The notes under the pieces are model-generated. The model did not search any database. It was not told where the DNA came from and saw only the letters and a program-made list of their open reading frames with translations. Shown one piece after another: positions 50,478-62,932 of a DNA stretch of 64,000 nucleotides (its first letter is position 1; each line of letters begins with the position of its first letter). A program made the position numbers and the translations under genes. Source of the DNA: Plasmodiophora brassicae (lineage: Eukaryota); the NCBI GenBank assembly GCA_036867785.1, contig CP145410.1, positions 682,001 through 746,000 of the forward strand. Reading direction: 5' to 3'.

Positions 50478-53098
50478 ATGTCCGCGCGGACACTGATGGC
50501 GCAGGGCCTACGCCATCGCGGGCGTGATGCAGCGGACGAGCGGCTGGCGGGGAAGCGCGCGTCGCCGACGCCGTCCCGATCACCGATCCGCAAGGGGATC
50601 GACGAGGACGGCAAGCCGTTCGACGTGCCCGAAACGAAATCGGTCGTCGATTCGCTGACGATCCCGGCGCTGTGGTCCGGCCCGACGCTGATCATAATTG
50701 GCAGCATGGTTGCCAATGTTGTTGTTGCGTATGCGCTGCCGACGTCCGTCCCGTGTGCCATCGGAGTGTTCGCGTTCTTCCGCCTGGCGTACAACGTCGG
50801 CCTTGGCGTCGCTCTTCACTACCAGTCGCATCACCGGTCCCTATCGAGGTTTGCGTCGCGGTGCCTTCGACAGAAAGGCAGTCTTTCGTGCCGGTTCATT
50901 CACTGGCTTGCCGAAGGGCGTATGAGGCATGTTCCCGATTTTGACCCGGCTTTGTATCCTGACGCGTTCGTCACATGGTTGGCCTTCAAGACGCTTGTTG
51001 ATCTGATTCTCGTCAACGACGGATTGTGCTACTTGATACTTGTGACGAAGTGCTGGAACTTACCGGATCACGGTAGTATCATCGTGTTCCTGCAGTACGT
51101 GACTGGCATTCTGCTGATCGCATTCAACTACTGGGCCAAAGTCGACGCCCATCGATGCATCGGCGATTACTCGTGGTACTGGGGGGACAACTTCTTCATT
51201 CTTGAGCAGAACCTGACGTTTGATGGCATATTCGGTACGTGGTAGCGACGTTCTGCCATCATGCCATACTGTCTAACGTGTATATGTTGATAGCTCTTGT
51301 CCCGTGCGTTGTATATCTGTTCGTGCTTGATGCAACGTTCTCAATTTGATTCGTTAGGCATCCAATGTACACTGTAGGATACTCGTGGTACTATGGCCTC
51401 GCTCTTCTCTCTCAGTCGTGTATGTCCGCTTTCGATACTGTCGTCATGGCTGGATATTGATTATCGTCTTCTACAACCAGACGTTATCCTGATCGTATCC
51501 CTGATCGCTCACATGCTGCAGATCGGCTTCTTGGTCTTTGTTGAAAATCCCCACATTGACCGGACATGTAGGCTCAAATACGTTTGTGTCCTATCAGCAT
51601 AGCATTTCCGAACCTTCTGCTTTAGATGGCGGAAAGGAGAGTCCTAGGGACGCCTATGACGAGATCCTGTACGATCCCGTGGAAGGCTTGTTCCCCAATC
51701 GATCTGATGCTCTCCTGTTCCTTCGGCTTGATCCTTTCCGACCGAACGATGTTGCCCTCGTAATTCTCTCCCTGTACATGGTGGCGTTCAATTTCCTGGC
51801 TCCGTCGCCTACCTGGTCAGTCGTCCATGCGGCAGTGTGGATGTTTGTCCATTGGGTCGGTATAGGCCTCCTGCTGCGATATCAAAGGTGCGGCTCCTAC
51901 TCCATTAATTAGCATGTCTGTTCACCACTTTCTGCTGTAGTTCATATGGATGGTGGACCCAACAGTTTGCTGCCAAAGGCAAATCGCTACACGTTGCCTT
52001 CTCGTCAGTGTTCTGTTTGTACTCGGTGCTCGCTAGCAGCCTCCTTGTTGATGACGTGTGTATAGGAGCTGGAAGAACCTGTACAACTTGTCGCGTACAT
52101 TATACCTGCTAGCATTTGTCCTATGCGCCTTGCGATATTGTTGGATACCGTCCTCTTGGGCCGACATCACGAAGGGCTATGTCTCCTGCCTGATTGGCGG
52201 GATCGTGCTGGTGCTCGTCACGTTCTACAGCGTTGTATCATCGCACCAAGTGCTGGGAGATTTCGCGACTTTCTATGGCGACTTCTTCATCCCCACCGAT
52301 TTCTACCAGCCCAAGACTCGCTACGTTGGCATTTACCGCTTTTTGAACAACCCCGAATGTGTCACCGGCTACGCCGGCTTGCACGGCATGGCGTTGATCA
52401 CTCAGTCGTGGACGGTCTTCTGGTTAGCTTTTACGGCCCAAGCGCTCAACTTCATCTTCATCAAGCTCGTCGAAGTTCCTCACATGGAGAAGATTTACTC
52501 GGGATCCATTCGGCGCGAGATTCCTGCTGAAGAGGCCCTGATGAAACTCGTTCGCGAGCACGTACCTGATGAGCTCCTCGCCGAAGCTGAGCGCGTCCAA
52601 GAGCGAGCGACTCGCGATATCTTCTTGATCTACAAGCGTATCGCCAGCAGCCAGTTCGCCCAGGATACAAACGCCAAGGCCACTGTGTCCTGTCCCGATA
52701 TTGTCCCACTGCACACACCCATGACGTGCACTTGGCGAACGAACGGCCGCCACCCGGCATCCGACTGGCTAGGCATCTACAAGGTCGACGTCGAATCTGC
52801 ACCGGGCATGTCACGTGGGCGATGGATCCATGTCCCGGACACAGAGTCATGCTCGGGAGAGATCACCTTCCCTGTGGAGAAGATGCCTTCTGTCGGCGGC
52901 GTCTACGAACTTCGCTACCACACCAACCACTACAATGTCATCGCCAAGGCCGTCTTCTGCGTCCACGCGCCATCGAGAAGGTCATCCGTCGATTCAGCAT
53001 CCCGTCGAGGGTCGTCCTCGACACACCTATCCAGTCCTGGCTCTGGCCCGCATGTGAGCCAGTTGCCAAGCCCCGCAACGAACACGGCCGCGACGTAA
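50478..53098 (+). CDS. CHO2: Phosphatidylethanolamine N-methyltransferase, CHO2/PEM1 type (duplicated PEMT domains + C-terminal beta domain)
   Basis: GKPFDVPETKSVV, FRLAYNVGLG, DLILVND, WAKVDAHRCIGDYSWYWGDNFF, FDGIF|ALVP|HPMY, FYGDFF, GIYRFLNNPE and DWLGIYKV..YELRYH. Confidence 0.88.
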
Positions 53099-53229
53099 TC
53101 TGGCACAGGTGCCGGAACAATACAGTCCGTTGCCCTTCGTTACGGCCGCGTCTGCTGATCAACCCAGGGGTACGGGACGATCCACATGAAAAGATCTTCC
53201 AGGTGGGCCTACGAGGTCGGGCGGCGCAG

Positions 53230-54988
53230 ATGACGACGCGCCTGACGAAGTGGCTCGATCTGAAATGGATCGGCCACATAGCGCACGTCTTCATCCACAC
53301 CGGGTACACGGACCCGAACGACCTCTGCAATTGCTCGCAGGACGAAATCGACCATCTCCTGACGCTGATTGAACTGCCGGGCCACCGACTAAAGGCTCGC
53401 ATCCTCATCGATGACCTTCGGCAATGCCACCCTGTGTCGCCCGATGGGTCCAAACTGTCGCCGACGCAGTCCCCCGTATCGGCGCTGACCTCCGTTGACG
53501 ACGACCTGCATAATTCGTCAGCCACCGACGACGACGCTGGCAGTTCGAGCGACGACGACGACGACAACGATGACGACGACGACGATAACGGTGATGCGAG
53601 CGAGGGCGAGAAGCGACGCACGCGCATGTCGTCCAGCGGGCACGATTCCTTCGACACGGAATTCGCTGACTTGATGGATGCGGGCGGGCAGATCAAATCG
53701 TACCGCTTCCGAGCCTTCAACGACATCGCCAGCGAACTAAGAGGCGACGCTCCACCAGCGCGTCGTAGCTCGCGTCCCGCTCAGGTAGAGCCCAGGCCGC
53801 CATCGCCGCCGTCATCCGATCCGCCATCAGTTGATGAAGAGGACCCGGACATTCCCGTTGAGGACGACCTGCCACCAGAGCCACCCGTTCGACAACCGAC
53901 GCCGAACCGTTTCTCAGAAACAACAGCAACGTCGGCGACGAGCACCACGAATCGAGCACATTCGCGTCTGGATGATATGTCGAGGCGAGTGTCGGACATC
54001 TTTGGCGGCGAGAACGCCCTGGATGTCAGTGCGATCCGGATGCCGATCGTAACGCCGCCGGAGCCACCGGTGGAGACCAGACGGGCTGGTGACGGGAGAC
54101 ATCACCACCATCATGATTCCACGATCGCCGCCAAGGACCAGCCGGGCGCGATTCTGTCCGGGTATGCCATGTTGTGTCTGGCAAAGAGTTCCAAACACTT
54201 CGCAAGGCGGTACGTTGTCCTGATTGGCCAACAGCTGCTATGGTTCAAGGACGAGAACGACCTGTATCAGACCGGGATGGTTGACTTGAGGCGGGTGCGC
54301 GTCGCAGTCAAGCTTCATGAGCACTTCGAGGTCATCGTTGTGGAATCGAAGTCGACGTTCATCATGATACACACTAAGGACAGGCAGCAGACGGGCACGT
54401 GGTTCAGGGCGATTGATGCGGTCAGCAAGGGTGGCAACCCGGCCGGCGTCCTTCTGTCACCAGTACACAGCGATGCACCATCGCCGTCAACGACAGCAAC
54501 AACGGCGGGTCTATCTACGCCGGTCAGCGCCGTCCAGAGAGCAACCGAAAACTTGTGCAAAGGTATTCGTGTGTCACACCACGCAAGACTGTTCGACGAT
54601 TGACAATGGATGGAAAATAGGTGTCGTACTGAAGAAGTACACGAACGGCGTTCCCCACAAGCGGTTATTCTGGTGCTCTCCAGATCTGACCAGGCTGTAC
54701 TGGGGCAAGTCCACGTCGGAGCCACCCAGAGGGTCGATCCGGATCAACGAGATCGTCGCCCTTCGTCACGGTGAGACGTGTATCGTCATTATGCGTTCTT
54801 CACAACGGGTCCTGACAGTATGCGGCACAGGTTCCGCAAGCGCCGTCGACAAACAGAAATCGCTAACGATTCACGAGAGACGAACCATAACAGAGCTCGA
54901 GGCACCGTCAACAGACAAAGCGGTTGAGTTCATGAGCCAGCTTCAGGATATCATTGATTTCCGGAGGTCGGCCGGGCTCGATTCATAG
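53230..54988 (+). CDS. SAM + two PH-domain protein
   Basis: SAM LTKWL..IGHIAHVFIHTGY..LPGHRLK. PH1 LSGY..FARRYVVLIGQQLLWFKDE..WFRAI. PH2 GVVLKKY..PHKRLFWCSPDLTRLYWGK. Confidence 0.78.
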
Positions 54989-55025
54989 GCGAATAAATAG
55001 CGGGACGTCCTCCACCGGAGTGCAC

Positions 55026-57374
55026 TCACTGGATGTCGTCTGCGGAGGATGTCTGACCGCTCCACTTGAGTGTTAGGCACGCACGGGTAACATTCTGCCA
55101 TCGCCGTGAACAGCAACAGAAAAGCCGTTCCACTGGGCCCATTGTGGAACGAATCAATGGCACTTGTGAACGAATGGTTCGCCACCTATGCCTGGGGTCG
55201 TTGGCAACAAACATGACGAAATTACAGGGGTTAATGCATGGATACCACGAGCATGCTTCAGAATCACTGAAATCAACGTCGCCGCTGAGTGGAGTGATGC
55301 AATCGGATGCCGACTATGGAGAGCGTTGGCAAGGCTGGCATGGGCACCATGCATCGAGATCGACGATGCAATATTCCGAAGCACCGAACAAAACCAGGCG
55401 GGCATTGCACAGCCAGCGAACGATATGGGCTTGGAACGTGATTGGAACGGAACCGTCGACATTGCCATGGACGAGGTCCACGAAGAAGACGAAGTTGTAC
55501 AACGCGGGGCCACACTCGCTATCGTCATCTTCGTCAGCATAAGGCCAGCCCGTATCATCATCATCCTGTGCACTTTCTGATGGTTGCAGGAGTATCGCAA
55601 CAGCGGCACGGAGCCCATCAGGAGAGAGGCCGAATGAATACCACTCAACTACAAGAGCATCATGACACGTTGACGGTTTCAAGGTGGCATCTAAATTGTT
55701 CCAGTGAAGAGTTAGACAGCTCGTTCGGCGTCCATCGACGCCGCAGGACCGTATGATAAACTCGTTCCTGGTCAAAGGGCTGAGAAAAACCTGTCAGTAA
55801 GGTAGCCATTAGCGGGTTGGCATTGATGGGATACACTCCAACTAACCAGCTCAAGTCCATCCGGCGATAACTCCATCGGATCGCGTTGTCCGGCCGATGG
55901 CTCCAACAAATCTCTGCACAACGGAGACGCCATTGTCGACGTGTCTGTTACGGGTATGGTTTCTGTGAGCCGGAACAACATGATCGAGCCTGTCGCAGGA
56001 TAACTGAAAGGAACATCTTTGCGCTTAGGCCTCGGGATTCGAACTAGAAGGCTCCCATTGCAAGCGCAAACAAGGGAACAGCGACGAGTTTCAATCCAAT
56101 CGCCATCGAAAGAGCGCACTACGGGAAGAGGACCACGGTGCATATCACCGGTGTAAAGAAGATCCACCGAAGACTCACCCAGCAGGTATAGTTTAGAACC
56201 GCACGGGGAGAAACACATGCTTTGATAGGCACCTGGATGAACAACGACCGCGCTTGTCGTGAAACGCAGCAATGCTATACATGGATGCCTAAATCAATCC
56301 TTAGTCCAGGTTCGTGATGTGGGCTGGCCCGTTACTTACTGTTTACAAGCGATCGCGGTGGCAAGAATCGCACCACTAGGGGATAAAACCGCGCCAAAGT
56401 CAACACGTTTCACATTGCGATGACGTTGGCCATACGAAGGAACCTTCCACTGCCCGATTTGTTCGCCAGAGGCAGTCGAGAAGGCATTTACAGTGTCTGG
56501 GCTCACGAACTGAACGAGAAGCGTGCCGCATGCGGATGGTACAGCGTTTTCAGGAATTACAGAAGAGGCGACGTCTCGTTTGGAAAGCCGAAATCCTAAC
56601 ATGTCCTGAACCATGCATCGCAGGAACCGGCAAGAATGACCGAGGCTCTTGAGATCCCCAGCAAACAGAAACCGGGAGATTACCCTCCAAACATCACAGG
56701 AGAGAGCGCCAAATGACCTTGTCCCAGAAGGGGGGCACGGTGACTGCGAAAAGCCATCATCAATTCGAAATCGGTTCGCAAGTGACACCGATCTGAGGCT
56801 AGTGGCTTTTTCCTGCTGGTTCCAAACAGTCAAACGGTCGCCGTCGACACGCGCTTTGGTTGCATTCCACCCGAACCAGCTGTGCCTGTCCTTGCCGACC
56901 TCGAAGACAGCCACACCAACTCGATCGCGATTACGGTACATCGTCTCCATGCACGGCAGTGATGGCGAACCGGTGATAACAGCGATGAGCATTCGCTTGT
57001 CGGCAATGTACTGTACTAGGTCGGCGCGAATTCGGAAAGACACATCTTTCTGGTATACCCCTGCGGCCGCGTTAATGAATGCCGATGTCGTCAATACCGC
57101 GAATACAATGCTTACATGGAAGGCGCCATCTCCCAATGACTCCCTTGCCATCTATGATGGCGTGCAGCCAGTCGTCCCCCAAATAAGCAGGGTCGTGCCA
57201 AATCTTGATCTTCACATCGGAAGCGCCTCGCGTCTGCTCTGTTCCCCCGGCTGGCTGGCCAGCTGCATGACCCTTGCACGATCTGCATGTGGACGCACCG
57301 TCACCTCTGGCCCACTGCGACTGAGTAAACTCGCGACGCGCCTTGAGCGCACCGCAAACAGCGCACCGACGCAT
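55026..57374 (-). CDS. Stc1-like C4 zinc finger + internal F-box + beta-propeller-like repeats (3' end approximate)
   Basis: N-terminal MRRCAVCGALKARREFTQSQWARGDGASTCRSC. An intron gtaagc..ccgcag joins it to FGALSCDVWRVISRFLFAGDLKSLGHSCRFLR (F-box). Blade-like VLSPSGAILA, CFSPCGSKLY, LSPDGLEL and LSPDGLRA follow. Confidence 0.65.
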
Positions 57375-57942
57375 CGGAATGCCGGGACGGCAGCGACGGT
57401 ACAGGTAGCCCGACCCTGGACAGCAGCAGTCCAGTAAAATGGTGTCGTATGCTCGCAGCGCAAGTATACGGGGAGTTTTCGGGAACGAACCGGATAGGAA
57501 CCTCACTGCCAACTATATGATTGTAACGACAGCAACCTGCGGAGTGTGCTGTGCAGATGTGCGACACAGCGGAATATGGACAGTGACGGCGGTAGCGCCC
57601 TGGGACGACTGCAACCGCAGGAGCAGCAGCAGGGCAGACGACCGTATCTGCGCTCGTGATGGCTTAAAGACCAGCAAATATCCTCGAGCATTGACAGCAG
57701 GCTGCCGGCCTATATTACGCTCACATCGTCTCTGGATGTCCCTTCCTTATACGACAGGGGCACTGGGACGGCCTGCAGCCGCAGCAATTGTGTTTTGGTG
57801 CCACATTCGAAGGGTGTTCGGTGTTGCGGACAGGCGGACTACGCCTCTTATTGTTGGGGGTCGCGTCCTCCAATCGTGCTGGATCGTGGTCGGTGGGCGC
57901 TGGATGTCCGTGTCGTGAACTCGATTCGCCGCCCGGGTCGAC

Positions 57943-60900
57943 ATGCAGGAGAAGGCGGTCGCGTGGTCGCTGCATCGTATCGTCAGCGAAGCTCATGCCT
58001 TGGCCGAGCGCGCTGTTGACGATGGCGCTCGACGGCTGGCGAATCACAGCGCCGCCCTAGCCGTAACGATCTCCCGCGCTGCTGATGCGATCCATCAGCT
58101 CAAGAACAATCCGGTGCCTCTGAGTTCTGCTGCCGAGATGGACGCGGCGCCGCCTGCCAATGACCACGAAACGCCCGCGCTGGATCATGTCGAATCTCGG
58201 TTGAGTCGTTTCCCAGATAACGTCGGCTCGAACGATATCGCTATCGAAACAGCTACATCCAATTCCATTGGTACGGACGATGGTCTGGCACTTGGTGCCC
58301 GGCCGGATGAACCTGCCACGCCGACACAACGATCCACTGATGATGCCGCATCGCCTGCTGGCGATTCCGTGCACGTGACTGCTTCGGCAAAACTGGTCGC
58401 TGAGGACAGTCAACCAGCTGTATTAGCTCGTGAAGTGGCCGCCGATGCTATCGAGCAGCCCATTGAGGCGCGTGAATCGATTGTCGATGATGCAGATCAT
58501 GCCGCTGAGGCGCAGGAACAGTCTGAAAATGATGCTGGTATGGCGGAGTGCAATCCCGCATCTAGTACTGCACCAGTAGCTTTGTTCTCCCCACCTGCAA
58601 GACGAACCCGATCCAGGAGGAAAGCTGATACTGCTGTCGAACTCCCACCAGCCACGAAGCGATCCAAGCCTGAGGCCCGGACGAAGTCGAAACGCAAGAC
58701 TACCCGGAGGGAATCGGACGAGGTCAACAGCAAACCGCCTGAGCCGACGGCGATGCCTGCACTTGATGACGGTAGCGACGATATCATTCCTGTAAAGCGA
58801 CAGCGGAGGCCGCAAATTGCACAGCCCACCACCCCCGATGCCTTGCCGGAAGGCGCAAGTGATGAACATGCAACCGCAGATGAAACCTGTGGTTCTGCGA
58901 CCCAGGAAATGCAAGTCCTGGATGATCATCCGGCTGAAGAAGCTGCCGTCGTCCAAGATCAGGCTCCCACTAGATCACGGCGACGCGGTCGAGTCAACAA
59001 GAAGCAACAAGAGATTGAAGCAGAGCCGACAAGTGAGGTCGGGCAGTCCAGCGGTATTGCACTCGACTCCATCGACGACCGGGTGGAATCTACGTCTGAA
59101 TCCGTGCCTAACGTTGCGACTCGGAATGCGCCTGTTAAACGGCAGACTCGCAGAGGTGGCCGCCGACAACGTCAAATCGAAGACCGTGAGGAATGCTCAC
59201 AGTTGCCGCCGGAGAGCGTTGCGACTATTGAGGCACAGTCATTGAATGCTGAACCGGCAGACAATGTTGACGTCGCGATTTCACATGACAAGCCGTCTTC
59301 CGACCAAGGAACATCGGATATGATATCTGGTGGCAATCGGCGCAATCTTAGAAGTCGCCGCGCCAAGAGGAACCCTGACGACCAGTCAACACAGAAGCAG
59401 ACGCAACGCAACCGACGATATCGTAACAAGGCAGACGATGATGAGGGCCTTGATTCTGTTGCTGAAGAAATTGTGGCTCGTATTGGCCTGACAAACGGTG
59501 TTGCTGAAAATCAAGTGAATTCTGCGATTGAGGATGCCATGTCTCCTGGCTGCGCTGGCGCTTCTTCGATACCATCCGTACCTGAGGCCGGCGTACCTGA
59601 ATATCCCAGCTCCGAGCCCCTTTGTGGAGCTGCTGTCGGTACGCGCGAGCCGCTCATGCAATTGGCTCCAGTGGCGGACCCGCTTGTCGCTGAAAATTCG
59701 TCACTCCAGCAGAATGCAGATGTCGTTTCTGGACCTGCGTTTACATGCAGCACCAGCGAATCTGTTGAATTGGTTGTCGCTCTCTCGCAGGTCAACGATG
59801 AGCGGGAAGATTCGACGACACCTCTATCCCAAGCTGCCAACAGCGAAACCGATTCGCCGGCCCCGCTGTTAACTTCAAACGGGTTAGCATCTGACAGTCA
59901 AGATCTGCTGCAACCGTCTAGCAGCAACCACAGAGAAACAGCGCCAGTGGTTCGGGTGCGTGAGGTACTCAACGTTCCGTGAAGGTCTTTTGGTCAAATT
60001 CTCATTTGTATCAGGAGGCGGTGCAGGAGTCTCTTCAGCAAAGTATTGTGTCGTCCAGCTCTGCGCAGGTTCAGCCATTCCGGCATCGTTTTGTTCCCCC
60101 TGTGGAGCCCAGTGCCGAGGTACATTTGCGGCAAGGGGTGCTTAAGCTCCGCATTGAAACATTGTGCATCAGGTTACAGCAGTGAACGATGAAAGGAGAG
60201 AGGCGCCCTCGACTGCGACGCCCATCAGTCCTCGAACGGATGCAGTGCCTGTTTCGAAGAAGCGTGTTTCTACGGAAGAACGGTACACGCTAGACAGTGG
60301 ACCCTCTGGAGCTCATAGCGGCCGCGGTGGGTCAGAGGGCACTGCAGTTGCGGCGGCTTCGAAGACCTCCAGCGCCGCTAACGTTGTTTCGCGACATTCG
60401 TTCGCGACGCCTTCACATGATTCCATTGATCGACCGGCGCCGAGGGCCACGCCAGCGCAGTTTGCCAAATCGTCACCTCCGAAGTCGAGCGTCCTACAGT
60501 CTCTGCTGCGGCAGGCGCGTTCCGGAGTCAAATCTACTGCCAAGTCAACAAGCAGGCGCGCGAAGATTGAGTCGTATCGCTCGCAACTGCGTACGACCCA
60601 ATCTTCTGCGGACGAATCTCCCAAACCGTCAACCGACGACTTGGTCCACGCTACAACTCCACAGTCCAGCGCGCTAGAATCGTCAATTGGCACGTCACTC
60701 GGGTCTCTGGTCCCTGTCAAGCCTGGTCCTGAGGCGCGTCCGCATTCGAGTGAACCTCTCAACCTGTCAACGACGAACTCGGTCAACGATGCAGCCCCCC
60801 AATCCAGCAATCTGATTACCTCAGTCCGGACTTCGCGCGAACCTACAGCTCATGAGGAATCTGTACATCGTGAAGCACATTCCGCAGATCAGGAATCATC

Positions 60901-62646
60901 AGTTTCTGTGGGTGCATCAGCTTATGAGCAGCGTTGGGCTTGCGACGCTGTCAAGCCGGTTGAAGACGGGACATTAAGTGACCCGATGAATGACGTGCCG
61001 AAGCGTGCCCCTTCACCTGGCGTAATCTCCAGAGACGCTTCTCCACGTTCCACCCATCAAGGTGAACGCAGCATTGACGCCGGTGAGACTACTTCAGGAC
61101 CCGATGTCGTTGCCAACAACTGTGAGGACTCATCTACTCCTGGTTCTCCCGCGGTCCCTGCTCCCGCTTCTCCTCCCCGCACAATATGTCTGGAGACGCT
61201 GCCCATGGATGTCTCTGAACCATCGTCTCTTACTCAACCAACTGCGGAGGTCACCAGCAAAGTTTCGCACGAACCAGAGCCGCCTTTTGAGACACAGCTG
61301 CCAACCCGAGATGTCGTCGCACCTGTTGCTGATACCACCCAATCGTCGATTCCGGATGATGAGAGGTCATGCAGAGCAGCCTCTTGTGAGGCTGATTCTG
61401 TACCAGTGCAGGCAAAGTCCGGGCTCTGGGTACGTTTCACAAGCAGGTTATTGCTTCCCCATGGTGACGACTTTGTTCAGGAATCGTTGTACTCCAACTT
61501 CACGAACATCAGCACTGCGGTATCGTCGTTCGTGAAACCGAAAGAACCCGAGAAACCCACGAAACGTGCTGTCGAAGTCAAGGCTCTCAAATCGGCAGCC
61601 CTGAAGAAGCGCAAAGATGAGCAACGTGAAGAAGAGTTACGAGAGCGGAACAGAAAGTGTGTATTTGCATGCCTATGCGGTGAGCAATTCTAACCTGTGT
61701 TCCGTCAGGTACCACGAAGCAGGAGAACTACGGAAACGCAAGGCAGAGCAGGCAAAGGCCATCCGTGAGAACGAAGTCAAGAAACGAGAGGCGTTGCAGC
61801 AGGAGCTGCCCGCAGTTGAGCCTGTCAGAGCAAATGCGCCTGAAGCGAACCAAGAAGTTCGACTAATCGAGCTATCAACGGAGGAGCGTCTGAAACGAGC
61901 GGAGGAGCGAAGGCAGGCCCTTATTGAAGAAGAAAAGAGGAAGCGTGCCCAAGAAAAGGAGGAACGTCAGCGGCAGCGAGAACTCTTTCAACGACGCCGC
62001 GATGAGGAATTGGCGAAAAAGCAACAGACGAAGAAAGCTGCATCCGCTGCAGTTTCTGTACCCACGTCAAAGGATGCCTTGAAAGCATCGTCATCATCAT
62101 CATCAGTTGCGACTGGAGCATCGAAGCAGGCAGCCGCGCCTCCTCGCTCTGCCCACAAATTCGCTGTGCCTGCTGTGCCGCCATCTCCCGAGCCTGTTGT
62201 TGAAATCCCCATCAACGCGCCGCCGAGGTAAAGACTGGCCTGCTCTCGTTGACGCAACCCTTCTCCTGACTCGCGTTTATGCTATCCTAGTGACAGTGAC
62301 GAAGATGATGAGGATAGTGACCGGGAGCAACAGAAGAAGCGAATACCCAAGTGGGCCCAGCCGGCGGCGCTCCTGTCGTCATTGGCCGAGCAGGCCCGCA
62401 TTGATCCTGACACGATATTCCCGCCCGACTCTCTCAAGTCCTGCAATCTAGAAGGTGCAGTGCTGTTCGCTGCCATTTGGCCTATTGCTAGCATTCTGAC
62501 AGTAGTATATTCGTAATGTAGAAGTGTTCGTTGACTTTTCATCCAAGACGCGGTTCACTAGACGTACTAGCAGCGGGAATTGGGTTAGGGATCGTCTCGG
62601 CTGGAAGGAGGAGCTTGATTACAAGCGTCGCAATGGATACCTGTAG
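57943..62646 (+). CDS. INCENP: INCENP-like chromosomal passenger protein, multi-exon
   Basis: Long disordered region, an E/R/K-rich single-alpha-helix segment and the C-terminal IN-box RIPKWAQ..LAEQARIDPDTIF..SCNLE..RFTRRTSSGNWVRDRL..EELDYKRRNGY*. Confidence 0.82.
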
Positions 62647-62932
62647 TTCGCTACACTTCACATCTTGCTGCGAGTCTATTTAAAACAGTGAACGTTTTGA
62701 TTTATGAGGCAACGAATCTCTCAGATAACTGCATTGTAAGGGAATAGCAGGCTGCAGACGCAGACCCATTTCTGCGATATGAGAAATATACGCCGGTTTT
62801 GCTTTATTCACTGAATCTTTGATGGGCGTGTTATTACAAGTGATGACGCCAGAAAACAGTGAATAGACTGAAAGTCCACAATATAATTTCATTCGGGAGC
62901 AGAGTCGACTGGTACACTAGACGAATTAGGGT

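Noticed and set aside
53549-53590. (GAC)n-like microsatellite
   Set aside because: It simply encodes a poly-Asp tract in the SAM-PH protein linker.
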